64,000 bases of DNA. It comes from Trichoplax adhaerens. Its lineage: Eukaryota; Animalia; Placozoa. Each line of letters opens with the position of its first letter. The first letter of the stretch is position 1. The notes under the pieces are model-generated. The model had not been told where the DNA came from. It did not search any database and saw nothing but the letters and a program-made list of their open reading frames with translations. The DNA is taken from positions 8,766,159 to 8,830,158 of the forward strand of contig NW_002060944.1 in assembly GCF_000150275.1 (NCBI RefSeq), in the 5' to 3' direction. This document shows, piece after piece, positions 1 to 12,300 of the stretch. The translations under genes were made by a program, and so were the position numbers.

Positions 1-93
1 ACGTTGGCGAAGTTTATCCCATCTTAAAACGTTAATAAATTGCTAATTCATAAAATAGCTAAATAAAAGAATATACTTGCATCTCTAACTTAC

Positions 94-315
94 AATAGAA
101 TATTTTTCCTGTGACATGACCATAGAAGCTCCTCTGGTAGCGATTTGCCATATAAGGATAATTTAGCTTCGAACAAATAAGCGAAGCAGCCGCGTTATTG
201 AAGGTATTTTGATCACAGACACTGCCCCAAGTTCCATTGTGATATATTTGCAGCGTTCCTGCCATTACATTATTGCCTTGAGAAGATGTAAGCCTAACAT
301 CGCCTTCAGTCGCTC
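94..315 (-). CDS. Gene D exon: N-terminal part of SRCR10 (domain split by an intron)
   Basis: [16 protein letters not shown]...LICSKLNY; the donor after 94 is at the same position as the intron in gene C SRCR10. Confidence 0.85.
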
Positions 316-3300
316 CTAAGTAAGCATAATGCTAGCTATTATTATACGCGTAAGTGCGCTCACGATACTTTATCGCAATGTTCTAATTATGATGCTAACT
401 AGCGTATAATATATGGCTACTACGAATAATTTCAAGTTCTTTTACAGTTCTAACTAACTTTCTGTACAAAATCTTCCATGAAATCCTGGAGGACAATAGC
501 AACTATATCCGTAAGGATGATCCAAACATGTGGCAGAATTACCACAAGGGTTATTATTGCATTCAATTTCTGTAATTTAAAAAGCAATGACATGTAATTA
601 TCGGTTATATTATAAACATTGAAGTCTATAGTGGCTTAGAAAATTTAATGTTTACAATGCAATATTATGAAATCTTCTTATCACAACGTTAATTAATCAC
701 GATCATCAGCACCTACTTATATAAGAACTAAGATTTGAGATCTACTGTAAAAATACTAAATTTATGCATCTACAACTTTTTAGCGGATATCAATCTAAAA
801 TTAATTGATATATTTACGAATAATGAATTGAGTAGTCTCTAAATAAAATATCTTTAGAGGTTATTTTCATGCCAAACTACTGTACTTCAAAAAAGCTTAG
901 CAGGTTTTATTACAGTGAAGAAAGATAGTGTGATCACGATAGGATCTTATAATTACTTAAATAAAGTTTCATACTATTTTTTAGAAATATTTTCAAATGG
1001 ATAGCAATCAACTCCCCAAATTTTATAATTGAAATTAATACACGTGACCAGCAATACTGCATAGTATATTGTTGTTCTGCAGCTATTTTTTTATTGGCTC
1101 ATCCTAATATATCATAAATTTAAATAATTTATATTTAAAAAGAAGCTTACTTGATGAACAATCTTGGCCAGTGTAGCCAACGATGCAGACACAAGAATAA
1201 ACGTTTATGTCGCCATTTACTAAAGTGCACTTTCCCCTTGAACTACAAGGGTTGTTTGAGCAAGCATCCGCTGTTATAAGAAATATAGAAGAAATTAGGA
1301 TGTAAGCTGTATAATAAACTGTACTATCCAGTGAAGATTAGCAAATGGGAAATACAAGAGTAGTGCAGTGAAATGGACTTGTAATTTATTAATAATTAGA
1401 TGACCAGTATGGCATAGCTAATATAGTCGGGATAATTTAGAATTACAGAGTACAGTTATTATATTGTATAAACTCCAGTATTATGTAAAAGTGATTATTC
1501 ACGATTGATTTTATAGAATATAAAATTGGTATCGTAGAAATAGAGTTTATTTCAGGGCTATTAAAATTCTATTCTTATTTAATTCTGTAAATATTAGAAA
1601 ATGCTGTAAGCTTTAGTAAGGTCACGTATCCTAGTAGATTCAGATTTTATTATAAATTAAGATATGATGATCTATTTAAAATATGATTAGGGTTGTAGAA
1701 GCATTTCTCATTGGATTTAGATTCGGCTTAACTGATACAAAGATTTCTTTACAAGGATAGTATAAAAGATACTGTTGCTTACAATACAATATAGTAAAAT
1801 TTTTGGTAAAACCTTTACTTTCTATATTTGGATTATTGGTCGCTAATAATTACTAATAGGTGTAGAAAACATTACTGAATTTCAGATGTGAGACTGTGAA
1901 TATTGGTAAGTACGGTAGTTTCAAATTCTTTTTAAGCTCTTCTTACAAATATATCAAATTACAAGCCGGAATATAAAATTAATATATGAGTGGAAATGTT
2001 ATAAATCAAATTTGCTGTTTTAATAAGCTGCTGTATCTGTATACTTGCTTTATAAATGCGATTCATTATTTAATGAGGCAGTGTACCTGTACATTCGAGT
2101 CCGACAACGTCATTGGATCTGCACTTAATGTTATCAAATGATTTAATTTTACAATTTGCCAGTCTTGCTTCACTTCCATTGCAGGTTACACTGTTTAGCC
2201 AATAGCTTCCAAAATATCTCCCATCCCATCGTCTCTGTTTTAATCCCCAAAATCCTAATTGCCTACAGGCAACCTGGGCTTCTCTGTAGGTGAATTCATA
2301 ATTGCATACAGCTCTCCATTTATTCTTGTGAAAAATTTCTAAGATGCGTGTTTTGCGTGAGTAATTCACCAAGCGTAAGGCCAAATCGCTTACTAACAAT
2401 TAGCAGAAGATAATTAATAAGTGCCTGTAAGCATCTACCATCCAAATGTATAACAAATTTCTCTATAATATATTAGGATATTTATATATAAATATTTATT
2501 TACTTGTGCATAAAATTCTTCGTAACGTATATGTATGGTACCGGTAGATATTATCTACGTTAGAAGATGATACAAGGCATTCTATTATAACATACCAGAT
2601 ACACAATGTTTCCCGGTGTACGGTGATTTACATCGACAAATATAGTTTGTAGAGTCTGCCAAACAAGTTCCTCCATTTTGACAGGGAGATCGTTGGCATA
2701 GCTTTGCTAGAATTTTGTTGTACGAGTGCAATAATTAGAGTTATACAGATTTAGTAAATAGAAATACTCCAGAAGTGTATAGCAATGCTAATGTGATAAC
2801 CTCATATATTAAAAAATTGAGGATGCTGTCATTCCTAACAATCATTAACTATAGTGTCATTTGTCACCGATCTCCTTAATTCTCCATTACTTACTGCTGC
2901 ATAATATGCTGACATCATTGGCATGAGAACAATCAGATTTCTCAATATTAACCGGTTGGATATTGCAAATTCTAACATTCGGCTCATTGCCACTACAGTT
3001 AGTCGACAAAACGACAGTGTTACTGCCTTTACCAAAATATGCATCGGGCATAAACTTAGAAAATGTAAGATTTAATTGACGGCAGAGAACCATCCCATCG
3101 TTAACAGTTACTAATTTACTACATAATGTTCCCCATTGCTTGTTATGATAAATTTCTACTCGGCCTTCGGTAGTATTAGCGCCATTGAGAAGACGAATAT
3201 CCCCTTGTATTGCCGGTCCTTCAAGTTTAGTAGGATCATAATCGAAACATATTAATCAAAGAAGTTCAGAATAATTCAAAATTTGATGAAACTTTTTGTC

Positions 3301-6300
3301 CATATTCTGGATCTAACCTATGTAGTTTTCACAAAGTATCCCAGAGTAAAATGGGGTGCATATGCATTTGTATCCATAAAACATATTTTTGCATGTTCCA
3401 CCATTGCTGCACGTTATTTCAGAACAAGGATTTAGTACTACAATAGATAAAATGAAATTAAAAAGGCTTGATTTTAATTTTAAATTGATTATTTGTTAAA
3501 GTATACCTAGTCTAGTATTGTATTGATAGAATAAGAGATACAAGTTACCATTAGCCGGTATTAGAAATATACTATTATCCTTTCAGCTTTAACACAAACT
3601 TACATTGATTGCATATAATAGCAACATCATTGCTATGATCACAAACAGACTCAGCACTACTTGAATCATATTGGCAAGCAGTTAACGATGGTTCATAACC
3701 AGAGCAACGAACATTAACCATGCCTATCTTTCCAGTTGCTGAGCTATGATAGGAGCTGATGTAGTTAGCTTTGGCCCAGCCAAGTTGCTGACAAATAACG
3801 TTGGCAGCACCTTCGGAGAAATTTCTATGGCACACGGTTTGCCAGCTGCCTTGCAAAAAAATTTCAACGCGACCAAAAGACCCATCACTATCAGCTTCTG
3901 GAATGATATTAGCGTCACCATTTTTAGGTGGACCTGTAAAATTAGGTTATTCTCAGTACGGTGATTCTAATTTGAATTAAATAAGTTAAATTTAATAACT
4001 AGACTTTATTTACTTATTGATTTACCGTGATAATATCACGTATACAAACACTAGGACAATATCGTTTAATTCTAATTATGAAAGCTTGTAGTACTTTTTA
4101 TCTTTATTGATGATATCATTAGTAAATCTGAAAATTAGCCGCTCAAAAATTACAGGTGCAATATTATTTTTATTGATTAATTATTAGTATTGATGTATTC
4201 GTAGGGAGTTTTTCAAACACTATTTAGTAAATAAAATGCACTATAGCTATCTTATTCGATTTATCGCGATGAAGAAGTTCACTAGTTAATATAATGTATC
4301 ATTTTGTAAATATCGTCAGCGGAATTATGCTTACTTTAAAGTTAAATTATATTTCTTAAAATGCAGTCCCGTAAATATTCGTAATCACTAATTTTCGCCA
4401 ATAACTACCGAATGATATTTCAATAGAAATAATTTTAAATTACAGTAAAAAAAATTTGTGGTTTGTGTTCAGTGAGAGATAAAGAAATAAGTGTAATGAA
4501 CATGACTAATAACCGTAAAGCTTATTTAAATAAATTACTGAATTGACAGAGTAGCTGGAATGCGACATTTAAAGCATTTCTTAAAAGATTAAATTAATTA
4601 AAACTATAGCCTTACCGTGTTCACAACGAATTCCATAGTAATTATTGAGACACTGGCATTTGTAATAATTGAATAAATTGGTGCATAAGCCACCGTTCAT
4701 GCAAGGTTCACTATCGCATGATGTTTTGTATTGACAGAGACGCCCATGATAGCCAGGATTACAATGACAAAATTGGGTATAGTAAGTTTTACCATCCACT
4801 TTGCTACTGTTATATCTGCATTGCCCATGAACACAGTTATTTGGCTTGCAAGGAGTGTCTGGAACGTACAAAAACGTATTTGTATTAGTTATTTCCAGAT
4901 TAATATCAATAATTTTAGTGTAACTTACTAGAACAGGCAATGTTTGTGCGACGGTAGCAATTAATCCCATTTAAGCCGTATGTAAATCTGCATTGGGAAA
5001 TTTTAGTTTCATTTCCAGTACATTTCATACTGTAGACCCAAACTTTATGTATGTTACTGCAACATTCTAATGAAAGAGATGTAACATAACCCAGTTGCCG
5101 GCAGATTACATTAGCTTCGGTAGTTGTTATTTTATCGTGGCAGAAGGCACCCCAGACTCCTTCGTGATAAACCAAGGGTGTTCCTTTCACAGTATGATTG
5201 ATATTTGATGTTGCGAATAATGCTAAAGTTCCATCTGCCCTAGGAACTAATACAGGATGATTAAAATAACGAATAGCGTGAGTTTGTTATTATTTTAAAT
5301 TCATAATAGGACTTGATAAAGCTGATGTTATGCGTAAAGGAGGACTGTGTAATGCAAGGATGGGTCGTAACTAACCAATAATGGCGATAACCTACACAAA
5401 TGATTTGATAAAATACTGTATGCAATATAAATGTTGTTAAAAGTTAGGTATTATTATTAAGAATAAATAGATTTAAAAAAAATTATGCTATCCTATAATT
5501 CGCCTGAAAGAGCTTGTGATAACACTTTGTTTGATTTACGCAAATATTTTGAATGAAAATAGGTTTCCTAATATTCAGTATTGGATGACGAAGGACATTA
5601 TTACGATGATAAAGATAGTAGGAAAATATCGTTACCGTAAGAAGAACTGATGTGAATTTAAGAAATTTATTTTACATTCTACGATAAGGGATATCTACCG
5701 ATAGGAGTTTGGCACTTGCTTCCAGTATAACCAGCTTTACAGTAGCACGTTGATCTATAAAAGGCATTGGATTTACAGTATCGGTTTATTCTGCTACACA
5801 GATTTACGGCTGTATTTCCGCAATTGCTGCCACCTAAGGATGATGAATAGTGTAAGTCAATGAAAGAATAGAAATGAAAATTTTATTTTCTATTTATTAG
5901 CTATCATGTAGCACGAAATTTCTACCAATTGACAGTTAAGGAAGAATTACCATAGCAAGAAATATATAAATCTTGCGAATGATTTTGGCAATATTGTGGC
6001 ACATTATACCAACCGCCGGTATTACATCCAGTAATTTTCCATTCCGTTCCTAAACATCTAACGTTATGTAACATGACGGGACCATAGCCGAAAAATGTTG
6101 TTCTTTGGCCTTGAGCGGAATAATATCCATAAAATCCTAGTAGTAGGCAGATTTTTTTGTAAGTTGTCGTGCTGAAACCAGAGCGGCAAAGTACTCCCCA
6201 CGTGCCGTTATGGTACACTTGCACTATTCCTTTACGTTCACTAGTACCAGCTAGTCGTAGATCTCCGTTCTTTGCAGTATTACCTAAATTGCATAATAGG

Positions 6301-9300
6301 GATGAAATGGGAGCATTAACTATTAAATTCGTGTTATCAAAATACTATCTTGCTTCTTACCTGAACAAGATAGAGTTAAGTCAAAAGAATGTCCACATCT
6401 GTCACGTCCATGTACTGCCAGAACTCGGTACGCGCAATCTTTAACTGAATTTTCATTACCTTTACAATTAAGTTGATACGAGGCAGCATTTGAGGCACTT
6501 TGACCAAATACAGGTGTGGGAAATGCATTTGCGAAAGTGTAACCCAATTGTTTACAAATAACTCTCATATCATTTAGAGATGTTTTGCGAAGGCACACGG
6601 CGGCCCAGTTATTATGTAAATAAATTTCCACGCGCCCGCTTAATGGATTAGTGCCGTTGACCAGACGCACTGAACCAAGTATTGGACCTTGAAATTTAGA
6701 ATGTTAAATTCTATTAGTAGTAAGCCTATTACGTTCTGGTCTAGTAAAAATATGTATTAGCATTAAACATTAACATTGAAGTTGTTTAATATCTTTGTTT
6801 ACGGCAGGATTATGTGACTGTTGAAGGAATATTTGACTGCTTTGGCTTAGAGGGTGAGAGTTTTTGCCAAAATCGTTTGAATGATAATGTACTGCACTGT
6901 ATATCGTAACTTTAATAACAAGTATTGTTTATAGCTCCTTTATTTACTGTCATGGTGAGCTGTTACAGTTTGAAAAAAAACCTACTCGATGAAAGTTGAC
7001 AGTTTTTGCCCTTAAACTGGTTTGTACATTTGCAATAATATCCGTAAAATCTAGGTAAACATGTGCCACCGTTAGTACACGGATTTGAAGAGCACGGCTT
7101 TATTGCTAGAGAAATTGATAAATAGCAAATGCTTGTAATTAATCATAAAAGTTTTTTTTGAATAAACATTAACTGATCGTAGATCTACTTTTTCTAATTA
7201 AATTGAGAATTGATAAATACTTGAACAGTAGACTCCGGCAAAATTGTGGAAGCAATATGAACTTCTAGACGGATTACTTCCAGGACAATCGAATATAGAT
7301 GACTCGTAACCTGTACATTTCATATTTATCATTCCAGATGATGTAGGTGGTATTCCAAACGCTGTACCTGTAGTAAAACTTGTAGCACCTGCAAAACCAG
7401 CTTGCTGGCACACTACATGAGCATCTAATAATGAAAAATAGGTAGAGCAGATAGGTCTCCACAGACCATTATAAAAATATTGAGGGCGTCCAACATTAAT
7501 ATCATTTGGTTTTCCTTCGACTATGACTAAGGTGCCGTTTAGTATTGGTCCTACAGTAAGTAAACGCATAAAGGTTACTGTAAGTTTTATTGGCAAACAT
7601 TACAGTTCGTAATCGTAGAATGGCATATTAAATAACTTATAAAGTGTTGATTACAGCATGCATATATACATTTATAAGAGTATTTAAATTTCTATGAGTG
7701 TAAAAGCCTTCGCTTTACCCTTTTCGCATGTTTTTCCCAGATAGCTCGAGGTACATTTACACGAAAACGATATTGAATCCAAAAGCGAACAAATACCTCG
7801 ATTTTGACACGGATTTGGGTTACAGAAATTCTTATACTGACAATAGTCGCCGTAAAAGCCCTCTATACATTGACATTGGATAGCAATCGCGCTAATCCCA
7901 GCGACAGAGGTTTGATTTAGAGAACAATTACCGTTATTAAGACATGGATTTGGCTGACAACTGGCATCTAACAATTCAATTAATGGAAAAATAAAGTTGA
8001 GCTGAATACGATTAAAATGCTACTTTAGCAATTGCATTATATAATTTTTAATCAGACTTACTGATACATTCAACTTTATAACGACTACAAATAGCAGCGT
8101 CCGTTTTATATCGATATAAGCAATCTGTTATCTTAGATTCATTGCCAAAGCAACGCATTGAGCTAACCCAAACTTTCAGTGACGGTATTCTACGGTCACA
8201 GCAATAAGATCTTCTATAACCAATAGTATAACCCAACTGCTTACAAGCAATTACAGCGATTCTTTCGCTATATTGGTAACAAACTGCTCCCCAAGCGCCA
8301 TTATGAAAAATTTCGATTGCTCCTTTCGCCGTATTAATTTGAGAGGCTTTAGAAACATTATACCAATCATATACACGAATTGAACTTTCCAGAGGTTGAG
8401 TGACTGTCGAAAATAGTTAGATATTGTGGTTATTTTCGTTTTTTATGTATTTATAGCGCTTTACTAGATTATAATATATACGGATTCCAAGATAAAGTCA
8501 TATATACTTAAGAAAGTAATTTCTGTGCAAAATGTAAGTTCTGTTTTAACCTATAAATAGCTTACTGATTGGAATTGTACAATTTTCGCCTGTGTAGCCA
8601 TATCTACATACACATTGACCAGCAGAAGGCAATCCTTGCGAACGGCGACAAATTTTGTTTTCAACGGCACAAAGTGCACTCTTGTCCGCACTACAAGAAA
8701 GTGCAGCTGTATAGGAATGAATTTTTTGTTTTGAGTAATTATTGCATTAGTAATTAGGTTAATTAGCCAATCGATAATGGCGATATAAAGTTCATTAGAC
8801 TAAGCTAATAATAGTAAAACCATATGACAGGTATAGCCACTCTTGTTGACAAATACACAGTAGACAATAATATTATACGACAGTATACCGGTATTACCTA
8901 TTACTATGAATGTAGTAGAATGAGAATTATCACTTTTATACAATGTTACTATAAGTATATACCTAAACTGAAATTATATCTAATAATAACTGTCGTGTTG
9001 CTAAAAAAGTATTGGCTTTAAATTTTGATTTTGAGGAATTTACAGTTTTCGCCATTAGTTTGACACAAATCTCCAATCTAACCGTTTATATGCCTGTTAC
9101 CGTCCAAGTACGAAATCCAGTCAATTCGCGAAATGCCTAGTCAATTCGCCTAGTCAGTTCGCGAAATGCCTAGTCAATTTGCGAAATGCCCAAATATATT
9201 TCTTTGCTGATTGTGTCAATTCGCTCGCGAAATTTGTAGCTTTTGAACAAATTTACGACATTCTAGCAGTATCTAGCTCATAACAATAACACATAGCACA

Positions 9301-12300
9301 TAACAACGGGGAAAGGCCGGGTACTGCCGGGAATGAACAGTAACTTCGGTCAATCCCGGGATTGGCCGGTTATTCCCGGAAATTCCCGGCCTATCTCAGG
9401 AATGAAAAACATGCCCATTCCAGTATAATGTATTGAAAGTCAAACCACTATCGTCACGGAAAGGTCTGTAAACTTCCCTTACAATAGATTAATCTGTTGC
9501 GAGCTATTAAAGTCTATATACTTACGTCTACATCTGACAAAGATTAAGTCATCATTGGGACATTCAAGAGAATGGTTGCCGATATTGACGTAATTGCACA
9601 TCAGAATTGATGATTCACGACCACTACATAGTATGTGATCTATTAAAGGACTGGTTTCTGCTGCTTTCGATTTATACTTGTGATACATGTTTACACCAAA
9701 GTAGCCTAATTGTCTACAAATGACATTAGAAACAAAGAGGTTGTAATAGTGTTGCAATTGCAGACAAATTCCTCCCCAAACACCATGGTAATAAACTTGA
9801 GCTAATCCGGAACCAGCTCTATCCGAGTCAATCAGGCGCACGTCTCCGTTTTGCTCAGGTCCTATAATAAATTTCGTACGCCTTTGCTTTTAGTATCTTG
9901 CGAAGTTTGCGATAGTAATCGATTGTAAGATATACGAAGGTTTCTGACTTCAATTTTGTTAGTTTCAGCTGTCGGAGTATCAGTACTTCGTGAGCTACTA
10001 CACGACAGCCTAGATAACGCCCTACAGTAACTGCTATACTCAATATAAATTGGAATCTCTAATAATGAATATGTTTTCTACTGAAGTCTTAGTATAATTT
10101 TCGGAAATGGCGCCTATTTCCGCTCATGCCTGTTCATTGAAATATTTATCACAATTACGAAAAACTTACCCTATTGCAAAGTTAAGTGTAAACTACAGAG
10201 GTAGTAGTCTGGCGGAAGCTGTTATTCATTTCAGAATATCAAGCAACCAAGTAAAGTAAAACTAAGCAATTTATTTGTTAAGTACGTACTATACTATAGT
10301 GCAACAAACTGGCATAAAATAAGACTAATTGTACCCAATGTAGCCTAAATTGATTAGGTACTATACGGAACAATATGTTATACTAATACTACTTATACAA
10401 CATTGTAGCCATTGAGCATCTTAACGTTAATAAGGAAGTGCGCTATTAATTGCAATGCACCATGCAAGCCTCAGCTAAAGCTTGTCGAATGATTATAGCA
10501 ATAAAATATTGGAAAAAGTTTGAACGCACTTATTTGACATCGATTTCCTTGAAAAGGAAACAAGCACTGGCAAAAGAAACCATTTTCCTTAGCTTTACAG
10601 ATTCCACGATTCATACATGGATTTCCATTACAAGGTGAATCTATTCGATATTGACAATCTATATTAGATATTTTATATGGGGTCTGAAATCTTGTATAAA
10701 CGTTCATTATTCCAATTCTATTCTGTAGCAAATGAAAAAAGTACCGCTATAGTACCATAGATTTTGTAATATTAGCCACTATCACAATTACTTTCTTAAA
10801 TGTTAAACTGATTATTCTATGCCATAGACTTTTACTGGTAAGCTTATAGCATACCTTCAAGACCCATCACCACTATAACTAATTAAAATCGTCACAGATA
10901 TGTGCGTGCACATAGCATGTTTTATAAGAATTGATAAACAATTTCCGTTTTAGAGTAAAAGTAACAGTTCAAAGCAATATTTTTGGTTTTATTGGAAATT
11001 ATACGTACATAATTTACACGTTTTGCCAGTGTATGGGAATGGACAATGGCAGGAATAATTGGCACCACCACCTTGGCTTATGCAAGTACCGTTATTACGA
11101 CAGGGATTAGATGAACAGGCAATGGCTATAATAATAAACAGTAGAACACGAAATTAATTTGAGTATTTAAGGCATAAAAAATTTATTAAGGATGCTCTAC
11201 ACTCGGGTTGTTAACATTTTCAAAAGGAGAAAGCTTTTATAGGAAAATTTCTCAATATTATAATCTTCCATTTACTTGTTTCACATCTTTCTCCGGAATA
11301 TGGATAGGGGCAGCTACAATTATACGCTTTATTGTTGTAGTAGGTCGTGCAAGTTCCACCATTTTGGCATGGATTTAGGCTTGAACATAATTGGGTATCT
11401 GGGTGAAGAAATGATGAAAGCGATTAAAAAAGTTGAAAAATAAACAACCTAATTAAAGACCTAAAATTTTAAGGTCTATCACAAGTAAATATGAAAAAAA
11501 TTCATGCATATTGAGATCATCATGAGTATAGTGTACTGTAGCTGATCATATGCTTTCTTATAACTGCTTTTTACGGAATACACAATAATGAGAACATTTT
11601 AGTAACTTTTTAAAATTTTATTTATCTTCAGTTCTTTGAGCATTGTAGTATATGTTTCATTATAGTTCGATTACTCATTTTGATACAACTACGTATGGAA
11701 GACATTTCTTGCAAATAAGACTGGCTCCGATTAATAAATTAAACCAAAGACTAAAGAAAGTAGCCTCATATTACATTACATACCTATTTGGCTACAATTT
11801 CTTCCAACTTTTCCAGAAGGACAAGAACAAGTATAAGTGGAGTAAGAGAAATAGTTGAAGCAAATTCCACTACTACATGGGTTGTCATTACACTTTCCGC
11901 GACATTTTTGATCTGCAGTAGTAAAATGTATGTCTTTTGTCAATCGTAGAAAATAATAATGAAATATTATATCTGTCTTCATGTATCTATCTTAAGTAGA
12001 TTGAAATAATTCTGCTAATTGATCTTCTCTGAAGTGAAATACTGTTTACCATCTTTAAGGACAACCATTACTGATGTAAAGTGATACGGTTCACTTGATA
12101 TTTATTTTAGTGTATTTTGCTTACTTGGAATATTTAATGCTGCATTATAGCATTCTTGATTATGAACTCCTTTAGGGCAGGAACAAATGTAGCCTGGCCC
12201 TGCAGTAGTAGCAAAGGAAACACATTTGCCAACTCGGCATGGATTACTAAGACAAGGACTATTCCTGCCATTACTATCTGGTAAATATCGGTGAAGAGAC

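Noticed and set aside
9118-9190. 20-bp repeats resembling a CRISPR array
   Set aside because: The repeats abut without unique spacers, there are no cas genes, and they lie in a eukaryotic intron
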